From the NCBI GenBank assembly GCA_964632315.1, contig CAZWEM010000006.1, positions 32,001-96,000 of the forward strand: a stretch of DNA of 64,000 nucleotides. The letters are read 5' to 3'. The DNA comes from an uncultured archaeon (GTDB lineage Archaea > Asgardarchaeota > Lokiarchaeia > Sigyniarchaeales > SOKP01). Each line of letters starts with the position of its first letter. The stretch's first letter is position 1. The notes beneath the pieces are model-generated. The model ran no database searches. It worked only from the letters and a program-made list of their open reading frames with translations, and had not been told where the DNA came from. Shown here in pieces: positions 59,946 through 64,000 of this stretch. A program made the translations under genes and the position numbers.

Positions 59946-61166
59946 TTATCTATCTCTATGAGATAATGTACTAGGAATCCTTTTTTCAGGTTCGCTTTTG
60001 GTTTCGGATGATTCACTACCGCTGTGTATTACTATAGGTCTCCAAGTTTTTTCTTTAGAACTACTTTCAGGCATTTGAATATTTTCTGCAGATGATGTCG
60101 AACTACTTATTGGTTGATATTTCACTCGTCCAGGCTTTTTTCGAGCAGCTTTCATGACTGCAATGCTAACCGCTACCAATGAAAGAGAACCGATTGCAAG
60201 ATAGTTCCAAGGAATATCAGTAAATATGTTAAATTTAGGGGTACTTGGTATATGCCAGCTTAATCGTGGATCATAGGATCCATTTATTACACTCCCAAAA
60301 TTCACGTAAATTTGACCAGTATTAATAGGGACAGCAGAGCTTGGCGTAGTCGTGTTTACTATTGTTTCAAGATCGTTTATTATCGCAGTATCATACCATA
60401 GATATCCTGCTTTAAAGTTTCCACTCGAAGTGGTCGCCGATAAATCCAAGTTTGAAAAAATGATATCTTGATTTGAAGTTAACGAAAGATTTAACGCAAG
60501 TTGAGTTCCTCCAGTTATCGGTGTATAATTTGTAATTGTTATAGAAGATTTCAGTTCATTTGGACTTAAAGATCCGACTTGACGACTGAGGAGAACGTGT
60601 TCTTGAGTTGTATAAAAGTCAACTTTAAATATTCCATCAATTGTAGAATAGCTTGAATAATACGCGGGTTTTCCGTCAACTCCATATCCAAATCCTAAGC
60701 GTAACATGTTGTTTAAGCTTGTTTTTCCGACCACGGTATCAGTAGTAGGATCAAAAAAACCATTATCATTTCCATCAACAAACTCTATTAACGAATCATA
60801 CTTAATTTTAAAATCAAGGAGGGGTATTGCTGTAGAAACGTCATCATAAAGACCTAATTCAACATTTACATTCGAACTAAATCCACCATGAGAGAGTCCC
60901 AAATTATGACCGACTTCATGGCCACCAGTGCCAGTTTCGTAAGTCCGAAAAAAGAGAGTGTTATCTAAAATTTCGAAATATAAGGAGTTATCAGCACTTC
61001 CCTCTTCAAGATCAGGGATCGAATCTCCATCACTGTCTTGCGTTTTCATGATATCTATATATATAATCATGCCAAGTGAAATTGCAGAAGTAATACTAAA
61101 TATAATTAATAGAGTTGTTCCAATATTCACATGAGGTTTATCCCTCACAAATTTTTCTTTTGACAT
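59946..61166 (-). CDS. Two-TM membrane protein with beta-rich ectodomain, carrying short segments resembling EF-Tu, zincin and tail-tube/Hcp motifs
   Basis: MSKEKFVRDKPHVNIGT, TM, DSDGDSIPD, HEVGHNLGLSHGG, ectodomain (SLIEFVDGNDNGFFD...YDPRL), TM, RKKPGRVKYQPI. Confidence 0.8.
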   Translation of the reverse strand: MSKEKFVRDKPHVNIGTTLLIIFSITSAISLGMIIYIDIMKTQDSDGDSIPDLEEGSADNSLYFEILDNTLFFRTYETGTGGHEVGHNLGLSHGGFSSNVNVELGLYDDVSTAIPLLDFKIKYDSLIEFVDGNDNGFFDPTTDTVVGKTSLNNMLRLGFGYGVDGKPAYYSSYSTIDGIFKVDFYTTQEHVLLSRQVGSLSPNELKSSITITNYTPITGGTQLALNLSLTSNQDIIFSNLDLSATTSSGNFKAGYLWYDTAIINDLETIVNTTTPSSAVPINTGQIYVNFGSVINGSYDPRLSWHIPSTPKFNIFTDIPWNYLAIGSLSLVAVSIAVMKAARKKPGRVKYQPISSSTSSAENIQMPESSSKEKTWRPIVIHSGSESSETKSEPEKRIPSTLSHRDR

Positions 61167-61477
61167 TTTAAATCGCTTTTTATATTATTCGTTCAAGTAA
61201 GATGAGTCATAAAATTCAATAGAAAAAGCTGAGGATTATTAAAAATTTGAAAGGAAAGTGAAAGCCTTATTGATTTTTTGACTTTTCTGAAAAAGATTTT
61301 TATTATATAATTTTTGCTTCTTATCTCGTGTAAAATCCAGCTATCATTTATTCTATAAGGTTCAATGGATATTGATTTATTATACTTTGGTCAAACAACA
61401 CTAATAACTTTTAATTTGAAACCCGAATCCTTTTTAGAAGATTCAAACATGTATGATAAGCTCAATTATTAATATAA

Positions 61478-62653
61478 GTGATAGTTTTGAATAAGAAAAT
61501 ATGGATTATCGTCATAGTTATTATCATAATTACTGTAGGTTTTGGAATCTTTTTTTTCCTAAACATTCCTAATCTTATTTCATACTCATATTCATACGAT
61601 TTAAAAACAGTCTTTCCAAACTTGTCGTTTTCCAGTCCAGTTGGATTATATGATCCGAATGATGGAACGAATCGGTTATTTGTGGTGCAACAAAACGGTC
61701 TAATTAAAGTATTCGAAAATAATGCAAATGTTACCGATGCTTCAACCTTTTTAGATATAAGTTCCGAAATCACCTATGGTGGGGAAAGAGGCTTATTAGG
61801 TTTGGCATTTCATCCAAATTATACTTCTAACGGATATTTTTATGTCGATTATACTGATACTTCGGGAGATACAATTATCTCACGATTTAACGTCGATGGC
61901 ACTAATCCAAATACGGCTAATCAAACGAGCGAAGTTGAAATACTAAAAGTCAATCAACCTTACTCCAATCATAATGGAGGACAGATTGCTTTTGGACCCG
62001 ATGGATATTTATATATTGGATTAGGAGATGGGGGGAGTGGGGGAGATCCTGAGGGTAATGGTCAAAATCGCCAAACTCTTCTTGGTTCTATACTAAGAAT
62101 AGATGTTGATTCTGGTTTGCCTTTTGCAGTTCCCACGGATAATCCTTTCTATGGAAATGTTAATGGATATGCTGAAGAACTTTTTGCTTTTGGATTCCGA
62201 AATCCTTGGAGATTTAGTTTTGATGCAATTACTGGAGATCTATGGGCTGGAGATGTTGGCCAGTCTCTTTGGGAAGAGATTGATATTGTCGAAAGTGGAA
62301 AAAATTATGGTTGGAATACAAGAGAGGGGGCACATGATTATGATCCTGGGACAAATACAACTACTGTAATAGATCCAATCTATGAGTACAGCCATTCGCT
62401 AGGAAATGCTATTACAGGTGGTTTTGTTTATAGAGGCAGCTCCTTAAGTAATTTAATAGGAAAATACTTGTATGCAGATTATGGATCGGGAAGAATTTGG
62501 GCATTAGAATTCCAAGATGGAACAGCGGTAAATAATACACTACTTTATGATGCCTCTTTCAGCATTCCTTCCTTTGGAGTGGATTCTAATAACGAGTTAT
62601 ATATCTGTGCTTTTGACGGCAAAATATACCAATTATCAGAGAAAATTTCTTAA
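61478..62653 (+). CDS. PQQ-dependent glucose/sorbosone dehydrogenase family beta-propeller, N-terminally anchored
   Basis: GERGLLGLAFHP, NHNGGQIAFGPDGYLY, GFRNPWRFSFD, NYGW. Confidence 0.92.
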   Translation: MIVLNKKIWIIVIVIIIITVGFGIFFFLNIPNLISYSYSYDLKTVFPNLSFSSPVGLYDPNDGTNRLFVVQQNGLIKVFENNANVTDASTFLDISSEITYGGERGLLGLAFHPNYTSNGYFYVDYTDTSGDTIISRFNVDGTNPNTANQTSEVEILKVNQPYSNHNGGQIAFGPDGYLYIGLGDGGSGGDPEGNGQNRQTLLGSILRIDVDSGLPFAVPTDNPFYGNVNGYAEELFAFGFRNPWRFSFDAITGDLWAGDVGQSLWEEIDIVESGKNYGWNTREGAHDYDPGTNTTTVIDPIYEYSHSLGNAITGGFVYRGSSLSNLIGKYLYADYGSGRIWALEFQDGTAVNNTLLYDASFSIPSFGVDSNNELYICAFDGKIYQLSEKIS

Positions 62654-62673
62654 TTTTTTTTATTTTTTTATAT

Positions 62674-63228
62674 TTAAGCTTTTTTATCCAAATAAACGAT
62701 TTCGGGTTCGATTTTCTCTCTCGAGATTTTTAAATATCCATATGAACTTACCACGGTAAACTTATTATCAATAGGAGACGTGGTACCTGGATTAAAAAAG
62801 AGAATTCCATGTTGCTTTTCATTTTCAGGTCTATGAGTATGCCCAAAAATCACGAGATCATAATCAGAATTGAGTAAGTCTAGCTTTTTAATCAACCGTT
62901 TAATGATCATGTTTGGACCACCCATTCCATGTAACATCAGTATTTTATGACCAAAGATTTCAAATTCTACTTTCTCTGGCAATTTTTTCTTAATCTCTTG
63001 GTCGAAATCCATGTTTCCTCTCACTGCAATTACTTTATCCTTTCCAAATTCATCAATAAGTCTCTTGTAGACGTTGAATGTAGTAAAATCCCCTAAGTGG
63101 AATATATAGTCAACTTTTCTTTTTTTAAAATTTTTTATAACATCTTCTGGAAACTTGGATGTTCTGTGAGCTATGTGAGTATCCGAAAGGAGTCCTATTA
63201 ATAACTCTTTTTTATCAGTTTTAATCAT
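62674..63228 (-). CDS. Metallophosphoesterase, YfcE/MJ0936 (Vps29-like fold) family
   Basis: LSDTH, HLGD, VRGNMD, HG, FGHTH, NPG. Confidence 0.92.
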   Translation of the reverse strand: MIKTDKKELLIGLLSDTHIAHRTSKFPEDVIKNFKKRKVDYIFHLGDFTTFNVYKRLIDEFGKDKVIAVRGNMDFDQEIKKKLPEKVEFEIFGHKILMLHGMGGPNMIIKRLIKKLDLLNSDYDLVIFGHTHRPENEKQHGILFFNPGTTSPIDNKFTVVSSYGYLKISREKIEPEIVYLDKKA

Positions 63229-63271
63229 TTAAAGCACTAATCCTAAAAAAAGTTAGGATTAATTAAAATTT

Positions 63272-64000
63272 TTACTTTATAAAACCAGTAGCTTTTAAGC
63301 AATGGATGTGTTGCTCGATAAACCATTGGATGCCCCCCAGATTCTCTTTAGGTAACGATTTTGAATTTGGAATGATATTTTCCTGATATTTCTTGGTTAC
63401 ATAAAGGGGATCTGGATTTTCATTATACCATTTTATGATTGAATCTTTAGCAGTAAGGTATTTTTCTTTAACGTTTCCTACTAAGTTTTTAAAATCACTT
63501 CCAGTATAAACTCCGAAATGTGCTAGAGAAATCGATTCCAATTGATCTTTTATTCCATTTAACTTCTCATAGGTTTTAAATAAGGAGGCTTCATCAAAAT
63601 GAGGTCCGTACAAAACAGGCGTATACGTGTCTAAATCAATATGATCTATTATTGCATCTCCAACAACGATGTTTTTATTAGTAGTGTCAATAATACCAAT
63701 AGAATCTTGGGTATGGCCAAATAGTTCAATTATTTGTAATTCTAATCCATTTAAATCGATAATATCTTTTTCTTTTAAGGGTGTTACCCCAGTAATTGGT
63801 TCCACTGGATATTCAAAAAATGAATTTAACTCTTCTGGATTTTTTAATACATTTAAAGCGTTCTTATGGGCTAAAACCTCGATTTCTTTAGCTTCCAAGT
63901 ACTTCAAGACCCTCGGAAGTGCTTGGATATGGTCCCAATGTGCATGAGTAAATAATATCTTTTGGATTGGAACTAATTTCAAGGCGTTAAGTTTTTTGGC
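63272..64000 (-). CDS. Metallo-beta-lactamase fold hydrolase, 5' end beyond the window
   Basis: THAHWDH, GHT, VGDA, LAHFG. Confidence 0.88.
   Translation of the reverse strand, partial: AKKLNALKLVPIQKILFTHAHWDHIQALPRVLKYLEAKEIEVLAHKNALNVLKNPEELNSFFEYPVEPITGVTPLKEKDIIDLNGLELQIIELFGHTQDSIGIIDTTNKNIVVGDAIIDHIDLDTYTPVLYGPHFDEASLFKTYEKLNGIKDQLESISLAHFGVYTGSDFKNLVGNVKEKYLTAKDSIIKWYNENPDPLYVTKKYQENIIPNSKSLPKENLGGIQWFIEQHIHCLKATGFIK

Noticed and set aside
59946-61166. Annotation as EF-Tu or as a metalloprotease
   Set aside because: There is no P-loop or other GTPase motif after residue 17, and no recognisable zincin domain around the HExxH motif.
62674-63228. Vps29/retromer component
   Set aside because: All metal ligands of ordinary YfcE/MJ0936 phosphoesterases are present and there are no retromer-like neighbours.

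Overview
Low-GC archaeal chromosomal window, very likely Asgard (Lokiarchaeia/Promethearchaeia). The assignment rests on an actin-related protein, a gelsolin-domain protein, roadblock and longin-like proteins, an MglA-type small GTPase, an IPGY-type C-terminal sorting signal and BHB-intron tRNAs. About 55 CDS are present, mostly metabolic, redox and surface proteins. No CRISPR array, rRNA or transposase was seen. Highlights: (1) A membrane protein (59946-61166) appears to be a patchwork of short peptides from unrelated conserved proteins: the bacterial EF-Tu N-terminus, an isolated zincin motif and tail-tube/Hcp-like motifs. (2) A divergent actin is translationally coupled to a catalytically dead CHAT (caspase/separase-like) protein, followed by a dead PLD-fold protein. 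(3) A gelsolin, a roadblock protein and a proline-rich CDC48N-vWA protein are clustered. (4) Two tandem tRNAs each carry two non-canonical BHB introns. (5) Smaller items include a candidate structured ncRNA, a four-operator TetR promoter, a (x-Asp-His)n NfeD protein and two genes with a single in-frame stop. All product calls come from motif recognition by eye; no searches were run.
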